Source of the DNA: Candidatus Eiseniibacteriota bacterium
GTDB taxonomy: Bacteria > Eisenbacteria > RBG-16-71-46 > JABDJR01
Length of the DNA stretch: 64,000 bases
Direction: 5' to 3'
Assembly: GCA_963762255.1 (NCBI GenBank)
Contig: CAVXKA010000002.1
Span: forward strand, 480,001-544,000
Positions 10,057 through 18,309 of this stretch are shown piece by piece. The position numbers and the translations under genes were made by a program. The notes under the pieces are model-generated. The model was not told the origin of the DNA, made no database searches, and saw only the letters and a program-made list of their open reading frames with translations. Within the stretch, counting starts at the first letter, position 1. Every line of letters begins with the position of its first letter.

Positions 10057-11424
10057 TCAGCGGGTCGGTACCGGGGACCAAGCGGGTGCGCTGTTGTTGC
10101 CGCCCCCGATCGTGAGCGACCGCACCACGCCGCTGTCCACGTCCAGCACATAGAGCCCCTTGGCTCCTCCCCGCGTGGAGCTGAACACGACGTGCCGCCC
10201 GTCAGGCGCCCACCGGGGATGCTCATCGCTGCCCGGACCCCGGGTAATCTGGCGTTCCCCACCCAGGCCGCTCGCATCCACCACGCAGATTCGGAAGAGC
10301 CCGTCCCGGCGCGACGCATAGACGAGCCGATCTCCCTTGGGAGACCAGTCCGCCTGATCGTTCCATTTTCCCTCGAAGGTCATGCGACGCAACCCGGTCC
10401 CGTCGGCTTCCATCACATAGATCTGCGGCGTACCGGAACGGTCCGAAGTGAACGCCATCCGCCGCCCGTCGGGGGACCACGAAGGCGACGTGTTGATGCC
10501 GCTGGAGCGCGCGACTCGCCGGCGGTTGCGACCGGAGAGATCGCTCACGTAGATCTCGCTCGCTCCGCCCTCGGTGTTGGCGTAGGCGATCAGAGATCCG
10601 TCCGGGCTGTACGCAGGAGCGCCCTGCACTCCCTTGCCCCCGATCAGCGGCCGTTCCTTGCTCCCCGCGACGTCCACCGTGTACAGGTCCGGATCGCCGC
10701 TCTTGTACGACACGTAGGCAAGGGTCGATCCGTCCGGACTCCAATCCGGAGAAAGGTTGATGGTTCCGTTCCGAGTGGCCGGACGCAATCCGCTCCCGTC
10801 GTAGTCGACGATGAAGACCTCCTTGTGCCCCCCCCGGTCGGAGACGAACGCGACCCGTGTGCGCGATATCCCCGTCTCGCCGGTGAGATAGAGCACGATG
10901 TCGTCGGCGAATCGATGCGCGGCCTCACGGAAATTCTCGGGCGGAGTACGGTATTCCCGGCCGAAGATGAGCGCCCGCGCGGGGAGCGACTCGAGGGATC
11001 CGCGCAAGACCAGCTCTCCAGCGGCGACGCGCACTTCCCCCCGCACCAGCGCCTGGGCTCGCAGCGCCCCCATCGTATCGCCCTCCGCCATGCGGGGAAT
11101 GGCGAACAGGGTGAAGTAGCCTGAATAGTCGAGGTCGTTCGCGGTCACGCTCTGCACGGCCCGCGCGTCGGCACCGGTCGCCCCCGGACCACGCAGGAAG
11201 TCCTCGAACACGAGCCGGATCTTGCTGACTCCGGTGTCGGTGATCACGACCCGTTCCTCGGGCTGCAGCCCGCCCTCGGACTGCGCCTCGACGAGGCCGG
11301 TCCAGGTCGCCAGCGGGAGCAGACAGACCGGCAACCAGGCTCCGCGCGTCCAGCGGCCCCATCCGCGGCGCCGCTTCCTCCGTTGGGTCACACGTATCTC
11401 GACCGCCGCGTGCCCGCTTCTCAT
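10057..11424 (-). CDS. tolB: Tol-Pal beta-propeller protein TolB
   Basis: NDLDYSGYF; AHRFADDIV..LTG..G...TRVAFVS; PD40 repeats (SPDWSPDG, PAYSPDG, PSWSPDG). Start uncertain (11424 or 11391). Confidence 0.9.
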   Translation of the reverse strand: MRSGHAAVEIRVTQRRKRRRGWGRWTRGAWLPVCLLPLATWTGLVEAQSEGGLQPEERVVITDTGVSKIRLVFEDFLRGPGATGADARAVQSVTANDLDYSGYFTLFAIPRMAEGDTMGALRAQALVRGEVRVAAGELVLRGSLESLPARALIFGREYRTPPENFREAAHRFADDIVLYLTGETGISRTRVAFVSDRGGHKEVFIVDYDGSGLRPATRNGTINLSPDWSPDGSTLAYVSYKSGDPDLYTVDVAGSKERPLIGGKGVQGAPAYSPDGSLIAYANTEGGASEIYVSDLSGRNRRRVARSSGINTSPSWSPDGRRMAFTSDRSGTPQIYVMEADGTGLRRMTFEGKWNDQADWSPKGDRLVYASRRDGLFRICVVDASGLGGERQITRGPGSDEHPRWAPDGRHVVFSSTRGGAKGLYVLDVDSGVVRSLTIGGGNNSAPAWSPVPTR

Positions 11425-11426
11425 GT

Positions 11427-12197
11427 TCAAGGCTCGTCTCCGATCCGTTGAAACACCGCCGTCACACCGAGCTGATCGCCTGCGTAGGCCTCCGGCAAGG
11501 GGGGAAGCTGCCGTACCTCGTGGACCGCCCGGTCCACGGATCGATCGTACAGCGCCCACCCGGAGGGCTCCTGCAGGAAGGGCTGCACGATGCTCCCGTC
11601 CCGGCGGATGATGAAGTGAATGGTGGCGCGTGTCACGCCCTGCCCGCCGGGAGGTCTCACCCAGGCCTGCGCAAGGCGGCTCATCACGATCTGAAGATAG
11701 TAGTCGTGCTTGAAATCGGGTTGGTCGACCGTGCCGAGAGAAACCGGACCTTCCGGCGCCTCGTTGGGGGTCGCGCGCTCAACCGGTGGCTGCTCGGAGA
11801 CGACAGGCGGCGTCTCGGCCTTCTTGATCTCGGCCACGACCGCCTTTGTTTCCTCCCGCGGCTTCTCCGGCTTCTTTCGCGGATCCTGGATCTTCACCGC
11901 GTCGGGTTCAGGCTTCTTCTCGGCGGCCGGCTTCTCCTGCGGCTTATCTTGAGGTCGCACAGGCACCCGCGCGGGAACCGGGGGGGCGTAGTTCGGCTCG
12001 GGCCACTCGACCAGGGCAACCTGGTAGACCGGTTCAGCGAAGATCGGCCGGACCCGATGGACCAGCGGGATCGAGATGAGGAAGACCACCGCGAGGTGCA
12101 CACCGAGGCTCAGAGCGAGGTAGCGGGTTACCCCGACCCCCTCGGCTCCCGGCCCGCGTGCCTCCTTACGCCGGCTTGAAGTCAGGACGAATCTCAT
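11427..12197 (-). CDS. TolA/TonB-family energy transducer (TM, Pro/Lys/Glu-rich linker, TonB_C domain)
   Basis: SLGVH TM motif; PEK-rich linker; YY..IV..RL..AW.RP...F.I.RDG.I...SG...YD.SV.RAV....LPPLP. Start uncertain. Confidence 0.85.
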   Translation of the reverse strand: MRFVLTSSRRKEARGPGAEGVGVTRYLALSLGVHLAVVFLISIPLVHRVRPIFAEPVYQVALVEWPEPNYAPPVPARVPVRPQDKPQEKPAAEKKPEPDAVKIQDPRKKPEKPREETKAVVAEIKKAETPPVVSEQPPVERATPNEAPEGPVSLGTVDQPDFKHDYYLQIVMSRLAQAWVRPPGGQGVTRATIHFIIRRDGSIVQPFLQEPSGWALYDRSVDRAVHEVRQLPPLPEAYAGDQLGVTAVFQRIGDEP

Positions 12198-12509
12198 GGC
12201 ATTTCGGAACACGGTACCGCTGCGAGCGGCGATTCTCTCCCTCTCAAGGTTGCCTTTCCGCGCGGATCACAGCAGAATACCCCGCTGCGGGGCCGGTTGT
12301 TTCCGGTTTCTGACCCGCCGCACCTGCGGGCGCGGGCTCTACCCTCGAACCGGCCGCGCCCCGTGACCAGAGAGCATTCGCTCGCCTGATCGAGCCGGCC
12401 ACCCGGGGTGAGTTCGTCGCGCAGGACGATTGCGGACTCCGTTCGAATCGTGATTCAACTATACCTTGGATTGTCTGCGGTATCTCTCCAGCGTGTCAAG
12501 GAACCCGTC

Positions 12510-13322
12510 ATGCGGAGCCACGTTCCCCACCGGCATGCTCTCAGGCGCGGCGTGAGCCTGCTCCTCGCCACGCTCTGCGCCTGCATTTTCCCAGGGATGG
12601 GAGTTGCATCTTGCTTCCAATGGTTCCCCGAGGCGTCGCCCTACCTTCGACCGCTGGCGGATCCGCTCGAACCCCGCACAGGCATCACCTATGCCTCCAA
12701 CCGCGACCGCCTGGACGCCACGCTCGGGCGGCCGGTTCCCATCCTGGCGTTCGGGCCGGCCGATCGACCGTTGGTGGCCACGGTGGAGGCCCACGCCTTC
12801 TTCCGGCTCGGCCGCGACGGGGCGTTCTTTCCCCTCCAGACATTTGACGGGATCTTCGGCGCCAGCCTCGAGAGACGGATTGGCTCGGGGGCGGCGCGCC
12901 TGAGCATCGCCCACTGGAGCGCGCACCGGGCTGACGGCGATTCCACGGTTGCGTATCGGGGAATGACGTTCAGCCGGGAGTTCTGGAGCCTCGACGTGCA
13001 GGCAGGGAAGGGCCCCGGGACCGTGTACGCCGGAGTGGGCACCTCCTGGCACGCCGTTCCAGTCGATCACGGCCTCAGCATGCGCCTCGGCGCGCAACGA
13101 TCCTGGGGAGGCGGGAAATGGCGTCCGTTCGCGGCGGTTCATTTCGCCGCCGACAGTGCTCGCCGCATGCGCGTCGCGCAAACCGGACTTCTCGGCGTCG
13201 AAACCGGGCGTCGGCAGGTATTCCGCCTCGCCGTGCGCGGCTTCGCCGGCCCCCGACCCCAGGGGCAGTACTGGAGGGAGGTCGAGCGGTATGTCGGCGC
13301 CGATGTCTCCTTTGCGCCCTGA
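12510..13322 (+). CDS. DUF1207-like outer-membrane beta-barrel protein
   Basis: SD AAGGA; signal peptide; PLADPLEPR, HWSAHRADG, FSRE motifs; alternating beta strands ending in aromatic VSF. Confidence 0.6.
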   Translation: MRSHVPHRHALRRGVSLLLATLCACIFPGMGVASCFQWFPEASPYLRPLADPLEPRTGITYASNRDRLDATLGRPVPILAFGPADRPLVATVEAHAFFRLGRDGAFFPLQTFDGIFGASLERRIGSGAARLSIAHWSAHRADGDSTVAYRGMTFSREFWSLDVQAGKGPGTVYAGVGTSWHAVPVDHGLSMRLGAQRSWGGGKWRPFAAVHFAADSARRMRVAQTGLLGVETGRRQVFRLAVRGFAGPRPQGQYWREVERYVGADVSFAP

Positions 13323-13587
13323 TCGGCCGCCGGCAGGGGCGATTCACAATGCTTCCGGTCAGAAGATGTAAAACTTCTTTCTAATTGATTGCCGACATCC
13401 TACCAGACCGGCGACCCCGTGAAAATCGACTCGGCAGCACAAAAAACGCAGGCGGAGCATTGTTGCCGGATGGCGACGATGCTAGCATGATGGACCTTGA
13501 ATCATTGCATTGCGCTTTCTTGGTGAAGGCGCCCTTTGGGCTTGAATCAGCGACATCAGCGTACGTGGTACGAAAGAGGGAGGGATC

Positions 13588-14016
13588 ATGGCAAAGGCCG
13601 AAACGATGAATCGCCGCGGGCGCCGCCCCAGTCTGAAGGTGGCGGCCAGGAAGGCCGGTAAGCTCCAGCACCGCGTGAGAGGTTTGTTGACCGAACTGGA
13701 GAATCTCGAGCAGCGACTCGTCCGACTGGAGCAACTCCTCGAGGCAAGTCAGAAGGCCGAGCGAGAGAGAATGAAGAAGAAGCGGGCTGCCCGAAGCGCC
13801 GGCATCAGGGGCAAGGGGCCGAACGTCCGCGATCTCGCCTACCAGTTGCTCACGCGGCGCAAGAAGCCGCTGGGAATCCAGGAGATCTCGGACTTCGTTC
13901 TCAAGGGTAAGAAGGGCAGAGCGGGGGCCAACTTCACCCAGAACCTCGGCGCGGCGCTCGCCCGCGATGGACGGTTTCATCGGGTGGGGCGGGGCGTCTA
14001 CTCGGTCAAGCGCTAG
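13588..14016 (+). CDS. Small basic protein: N-terminal coiled coil + C-terminal winged helix (HARE-HTH/Rok-like); putative nucleoid-associated protein
   Basis: Strong SD GGAGGG; heptad LLTELENLEQRLVRLEQLL; Lys/Arg linker; VRDLAYQLL...PLGIQEI...NLGAAL..DGRFHRVGRGVYSV; followed by a terminator. Confidence 0.7.
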   Translation: MAKAETMNRRGRRPSLKVAARKAGKLQHRVRGLLTELENLEQRLVRLEQLLEASQKAERERMKKKRAARSAGIRGKGPNVRDLAYQLLTRRKKPLGIQEISDFVLKGKKGRAGANFTQNLGAALARDGRFHRVGRGVYSVKR

Positions 14017-14020
14017 GACA

Positions 14021-14057
14021 GCGCCCCCGGTGAGTCACCGGTCCGGGGCGCCTTTTT
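14021..14057 (+). terminator. Intrinsic terminator
   Basis: GCGCCCC-CGGTGAgTCACCG-gtcc-GGGGCGC followed by CTTTTT. Confidence 0.75.
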
Positions 14058-14079
14058 GCGCTCCGGACCGGATTCTGCC

Positions 14080-14109
14080 TTGACCCGGTCCCTCGGCCCG
14101 CGACAGAAT
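14080..14109 (+). promoter_or_regulatory. Putative sigma70 promoter with no downstream CDS
   Basis: TTGACC-18 nt-CAGAAT just upstream of the long hairpin at 14121. Confidence 0.4.
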
Positions 14110-14120
14110 TATCGCCTAGC

Positions 14121-14244
14121 GAAGCGGATACCCTGCAGCTTTCGCCTTCGTGTCTGGCCGCAATAACATAAAGCGAAGCGACTGTGAGTCGGCTTGCGGC
14201 CAGCGGCACGGACGAGGCTAACCGGGCTCCGCTTCATTTTTTTT
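14121..14244 (+). ncRNA. Candidate ~115-nt rod-shaped small RNA of unknown family
   Basis: End-to-end pairing: GAAGCGGA/TCCGCTTC, TTCGTGTC/GGCACGGA, TGGCCGCAA/TTGCGGCCA, CGAC/GTCG; upstream promoter; T8 tract directly after the stem. Confidence 0.5.
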
Positions 14245-14339
14245 CGGCGCACGACCGGCCTGGCCCGACTGTCCGTTCCCCACCTTGCCATCGTTGTCGT
14301 CGAGAGAGAATCCTCCCCTCCCGACCGGGATCGATTGGG

Positions 14340-14375
14340 AAACGCGAAGGCCCAAGGCCTGCGGGCCTCGGGCCG
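14340..14375 (-). terminator. Hairpin downstream of tRNA-Leu
   Basis: On - strand GGCCCGAGGCCC-GCA-GGCCTTGGGCC followed by TTCGCGTTT. Confidence 0.5.
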
Positions 14376-14400
14376 ATCGTTCACATTCGATCATGAGGGA

Positions 14401-14487
14401 TGGTGCGGAAGAGGGGACTTGAACCCCTACAGGATTGCTCCTACAAGGCCCTCAACCTTGCGCGTCTGCCAGTTCCGCCACTTCCGC
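14401..14487 (-). tRNA. tRNA-Leu (anticodon GAG), encoded CCA
   Basis: GCGGAAG acceptor; D loop GGCAGAC; anticodon arm CAAGG-TTGAGGG-CCTTG; long variable arm; GGTTCAAGTCC; ACCA end; classic position after secG. Confidence 0.97.
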
Positions 14488-14502
14488 GTGAAAACCCTAC
14501 CG

Positions 14503-14991
14503 TCAGTTCCCTCCGGCTCCCGGCGTGGCCGGGGTGGCCGGGGCCGGATCGGAGGGAGTGTTGCCCGGTGCCGGTGCCGGTGCCGTAGTCGTCCCCGAGC
14601 CCATCTGAATTTGGATCGGGGCCGCGTCCGAGCCTCCGGTCACGGGAACCCCCTGGTCCCCTGGGATCTGCAAGGGCTGCGTGGACACGGGGGGCGGAAC
14701 CTCGTCCGAAACCTCGCCCTGGGCAGCCCGGATCACGCTTCTGGGCCCGCTGCGCGTCCCCGCCATGAGCGCGAGCACGAGGGAGGTCGCCATGAAAGCG
14801 ATTCCCAGAACGGTGGTGGCCTTGCTCAGAAACGTCGCCGCGCCCCGCCCTCCGAAGAGAGTCTGGCCCGCGCCGCCCATGCCCCCGAAGGCTCCCGCCA
14901 GCCCGCCACCCTTGCCGGACTGAAGCAGAACCACGAGGATGAGCACCACACAGATTAAGAGGTGCAACACCAGGATCAAGCCGTAGATCAC
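14503..14991 (-). CDS. secG: Preprotein translocase subunit SecG with long Pro/Ala-rich tail
   Basis: VLLQSGKGGGLAGAFGG...LFGGRGAATFLSKATT; between tpiA and tRNA-Leu. Confidence 0.93.
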   Translation of the reverse strand: MIYGLILVLHLLICVVLILVVLLQSGKGGGLAGAFGGMGGAGQTLFGGRGAATFLSKATTVLGIAFMATSLVLALMAGTRSGPRSVIRAAQGEVSDEVPPPVSTQPLQIPGDQGVPVTGGSDAAPIQIQMGSGTTTAPAPAPGNTPSDPAPATPATPGAGGN

Positions 14992-15063
14992 TCGACAAAC
15001 CTCCGGTTTCGCGCGGACTGGCCCGGCCCCTCGACGCGAGCGGGGTCCTGCGAAGGACGAAAC

Positions 15064-15092
15064 AGTCTAGCAGCGGACCCCAGGGACGTCAA
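15064..15092 (-). promoter_or_regulatory. sigma70 promoter for secG-tRNA-Leu
   Basis: TTGACG-17 nt-TAGACT with extended -10 TG. Confidence 0.6.
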
Positions 15093-15868
15093 CCCGACCG
15101 TGTCGGCCCCGATCGCGCCGCCCGGACAATGGGGAGGAACGCCTCCGGCTTGAGGCAAGCGCCTCCCACCAGCGCCCCGTCGATGTCGGGTCGGGTCAGG
15201 AGATCCGCGGCATTGTCCGCCTTGACGCTCCCCCCATAGAGGATGCGGACCGCGACCGCCACTTCCGGTCCCAAGACCTTGGCCAGCTCGCGCCTCAAGT
15301 GGGCGTGAGCGTCCTGCGCCTGTTCCGGGGTGGCGTTATTGCCGGTGCCGATGGCCCAGACCGGTTCGTAGGCCAGCACGAGCCTGGTCGGGTCGGAAAC
15401 TGCCAGCCCTCCCAGGGAGCCCACCGTCTGCCGGGTCAGGACCACCTCGGTCGCCCCCGCCTTGCGCTCCTGCTCCGTCTCGCCCACGCACACGATCGGC
15501 ACGAGATCGGCGGAGAGCGCCGCCTCCGCTTTGGATCGCACACCGGCGTCGGTCTCACCGAAGAGAGTCCGGCGCTCGGAGTGCCCGAGGATCACGTAAC
15601 GGCAGCCGGCCTCGCGCAGCATCCCCGGAGAGATCTCGCCGGTGAACGCGCCCGAGGCCTCCCAGTGCATGTTCTGGGCGCCAAGTTCGATGCGGGAGCC
15701 GGAGAGCGTGGCCGCCGCTTCAGCCAGCCAGACGAACGGCGGGCAGTAGACGACCTCGCACTCGGGAGGATTCAATCCGATGTCGCGCTTCAGCGCATCC
15801 AGCACCGCGAGCAACCCCGGCCGGGTCAAGTTCATCTTGGCGTTGCCGGCAACGAGAGGCTTGCGCAT
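15089..15868 (-). CDS. tpiA: Triosephosphate isomerase
   Basis: GAFTGEIS, GHSERR, AYEPVWAIGTG, YGGSV, GALVGGA. Confidence 0.97.
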   Translation of the reverse strand: MRKPLVAGNAKMNLTRPGLLAVLDALKRDIGLNPPECEVVYCPPFVWLAEAAATLSGSRIELGAQNMHWEASGAFTGEISPGMLREAGCRYVILGHSERRTLFGETDAGVRSKAEAALSADLVPIVCVGETEQERKAGATEVVLTRQTVGSLGGLAVSDPTRLVLAYEPVWAIGTGNNATPEQAQDAHAHLRRELAKVLGPEVAVAVRILYGGSVKADNAADLLTRPDIDGALVGGACLKPEAFLPIVRAARSGPTRSG

Positions 15869-15871
15869 GGC

Positions 15872-17071
15872 TCAGGGCCTTTCCGTGAGAGCGGCCACAC
15901 CGGGCAGGGTCTTTCCCTCCAGAAACTCGAGGAAAGCGCCGCCGCCGGTCGATACGTGCGAAAACGCCTCGTCAGGAATTCCCGCCTGGGAGATGGCCGC
16001 CACCGAGTCCCCACCGCCTACGACGCTGACGCCGCCACGACCGGCCACTTCGGCGACGGCCGCGGCGATCTCCAACGTGCCGGCGGCGAAGGCGGGAACC
16101 TCGAAGATCCCGAGCGGACCGTTCCAGACCACGGTTCGTGCGTCAGCGAGCTTCTCCCGGAACAGCTTCACCGTGCGGGGACCGATGTCGCCGCCAAGGC
16201 AGCCGGAGGGAATCGCGGCGGATTCCGTCGCCCGCACCGGCGCGGTGCCGTCGGCAGCGGTCGAGACCAGCGAATCGATAGGAAGCACGATGTCCACCCC
16301 GACCTGTCCAGCCGCAGCCAGGACTTCGCGAGCCATCTCGACGCGATCGGGCTCCACGAGCGAGTTGCCGATCTCCGTTCCTTCCGCCCGATAGAACGTA
16401 TAGGTCATCCCACCGCCGATGAGGATCCGGTCCACCTTGGCGAGGAGATGTGTGAGAACGTCGATCTTCCCCGAGATCTTCGCGCCGCCGAGAATGACGA
16501 CGAAGGGACGCTCGGGCTTCGCCAGTGCAAGCCCGAGATAGTGAAGCTCCTGCTCCATCAGGAGTCCCGCCGCGGACTGCGCGAAGTAGCGGGTCACCCC
16601 CTCGGTGGAGGCGTGGGCGCGATGGGCGGAGCCGAACGCGTCGTTCACGTAGAGATCGCCGAGCTTGGCAAGCTCGGCCGCGAACGCCGGGTCGTTGGCC
16701 TCCTCTTCGGCGTGGAACCGGAGGTTCTCCAGCAGCAGCACGTCTCCGGGACGCAGGTCCTCGCTCAGGCGGACCGCCGCGGACCCCACGCAATCGTCCG
16801 TGAACCTGACATCCTTGCCGAGAAGCACGGAGAGGTGGTGAGCCACCGGCTTGAGGGAGTACTTGGGCTCCGGTCCCCCCTTGGGCCGGCCCAGGTGGGA
16901 CATCAGGATCACCCGGGCTCCCCCGTCCATCAGCCGGCGCAAGGTCGGCAGCGAAGCGGTGATGCGCGAGTCGTCGGTGACCTTTCCGTCCTTGATGGGC
17001 ACGTTGTAGTCCACGCGCACGAGGACGCGCTTCCCCTTCACGTCCAGATCCTTGAGAGTCAGCTTGTTCAT
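15872..17071 (-). CDS. pgk: Phosphoglycerate kinase
   Basis: RVDYNVP, SHLGRPK, LLENLRF, NDAFGSAHRAH, WNGPLG, STGGGA. Confidence 0.98.
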   Translation of the reverse strand: MNKLTLKDLDVKGKRVLVRVDYNVPIKDGKVTDDSRITASLPTLRRLMDGGARVILMSHLGRPKGGPEPKYSLKPVAHHLSVLLGKDVRFTDDCVGSAAVRLSEDLRPGDVLLLENLRFHAEEEANDPAFAAELAKLGDLYVNDAFGSAHRAHASTEGVTRYFAQSAAGLLMEQELHYLGLALAKPERPFVVILGGAKISGKIDVLTHLLAKVDRILIGGGMTYTFYRAEGTEIGNSLVEPDRVEMAREVLAAAGQVGVDIVLPIDSLVSTAADGTAPVRATESAAIPSGCLGGDIGPRTVKLFREKLADARTVVWNGPLGIFEVPAFAAGTLEIAAAVAEVAGRGGVSVVGGGDSVAAISQAGIPDEAFSHVSTGGGAFLEFLEGKTLPGVAALTERP

Positions 17072-17074
17072 GGC

Positions 17075-18073
17075 CTATCCGCGGCTTTCCATGTAGTGGA
17101 TGAGGTCCACGACGCGGCACGAGAAGCCCCACTCGTTGTCGTACCAACAGATGACCTTCACGAGATTCCCGTCCATCACCTGGCTCATCTTGCTGTCGTA
17201 CACGCTCGAGAAGGTGCTGTGCACGATGTCGGTGGAAACGAGCTCGTCCTCGCTGTATTGGAGCACGCCCTTGAGGGGCCCTTCCGCCGCCTTGCGAAAC
17301 GCCGCGTTCATCTCCTCCTTGGTCAGGCTCTTCTCCATCTCGGCGACGAGATCGACCACAGAGCCGTCCGGGACCGGTACCCGGATCGCGAAGCCGTCCA
17401 GCTTGCCCTTCAACTCGGGGATCACGGTCCCGATCGCCCGCGCCGCCCCCGTCGTGGTCGGCACCACGTTGATGGCCGCCGCCCGCGCGCGGCGCAAGTC
17501 CTTGTGAGGCAGGTCGAGGAGGTTCTGGTCGTTGGTGTACGCATGGATCGTCGTCATCCACCCCCGCTTGATCCCCCAGTTGTCGTGCAAGACCTTCACC
17601 GCCGGGGCGAGACAGTTCGTGGTGCAGGAGGCGTTCGAGATCACGAAGTGTTTCGCCGGATCGTATTCCGCGTGGTTGACCCCCATGACCAGCATGGCGT
17701 CCGCACCCTTCGAAGGAGCCGTGACGATCACCCTCTTCGCACCCGCATCGAGGTGGGCCGCCGCTTTCTCCCGGTCCGTGAATCTGCCCGTGGATTCGAT
17801 GACGAGGTCGATTCCCATCTCCTTCCACGGAAGCTTCTTGGGGTCGGTCTCCTTGAGCACCCGGAACTTGTCGTCCCCGCAACGGATGTGCTCTCCGTCG
17901 ACGGTCACCGGCGCGGACAGGTTCCCGTGCACCGAGTCGTGGCCGAGGAGATGGGCGAGGGTCCGGGCATCGGTCAAGTCGTTGACCGCGACAAATTCAA
18001 TACTGGGATCGTTGAGGGCGACGCGGAAAACCAGGCGGCCGATGCGGCCGAAGCCGTTAATGGCGACTCTCAT
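17075..18073 (-). CDS. gap: Glyceraldehyde-3-phosphate dehydrogenase (type I)
   Basis: INGFGRIGR, SNASCTTNCLAP, WYDNEWG. Confidence 0.98.
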   Translation of the reverse strand: MRVAINGFGRIGRLVFRVALNDPSIEFVAVNDLTDARTLAHLLGHDSVHGNLSAPVTVDGEHIRCGDDKFRVLKETDPKKLPWKEMGIDLVIESTGRFTDREKAAAHLDAGAKRVIVTAPSKGADAMLVMGVNHAEYDPAKHFVISNASCTTNCLAPAVKVLHDNWGIKRGWMTTIHAYTNDQNLLDLPHKDLRRARAAAINVVPTTTGAARAIGTVIPELKGKLDGFAIRVPVPDGSVVDLVAEMEKSLTKEEMNAAFRKAAEGPLKGVLQYSEDELVSTDIVHSTFSSVYDSKMSQVMDGNLVKVICWYDNEWGFSCRVVDLIHYMESRG

Positions 18074-18239
18074 TGATGAGCTCCCTTCTTAACGTGATCG
18101 AGACGGCGCTCGCGGAAGTCCACGGAAGCGCCCGAGAAACGCGGAGTTCCCGGCCCGGGCGGGCGGGCGGCGCGGCCGGCCGCGAAGCGTCCTGTCCGAA
18201 AAGCACAAAACTCGATTCCACTTCGGAATCGCGCCGAAG

Positions 18240-18268
18240 ATGGTATTCGGGGCCTGATGAGGTGTCAA
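18240..18268 (-). promoter_or_regulatory. sigma70 promoter of gap-pgk-tpiA
   Basis: TTGACA-17 nt-TACCAT. Confidence 0.65.
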
Positions 18269-18309
18269 GGTAACCGCTGCCGCGCGCGCGGGGAGCGGTG
18301 CGATCGCGC

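Noticed and set aside
14121-14244. Assignment of the hairpin RNA as SRP 4.5S, 6S, 5S or Y RNA
   Set aside because: No SRP helix-8 motif, too short for 6S and lacking its symmetric central bubble, no 5S conserved loops, no Ro60 gene nearby; left unassigned.
12200-14400. Possible integrative islet at the 3' end of tRNA-Leu
   Set aside because: No integrase, and no duplicated tRNA 3' end (att site) found by eye; only the orientation switch and local AT-richness suggest it.
14520-14600. Short CCGGTG / GGCCGGGGT repeats
   Set aside because: They encode the Pro/Ala/Thr low-complexity tail of SecG; not CRISPR or regulatory repeats.
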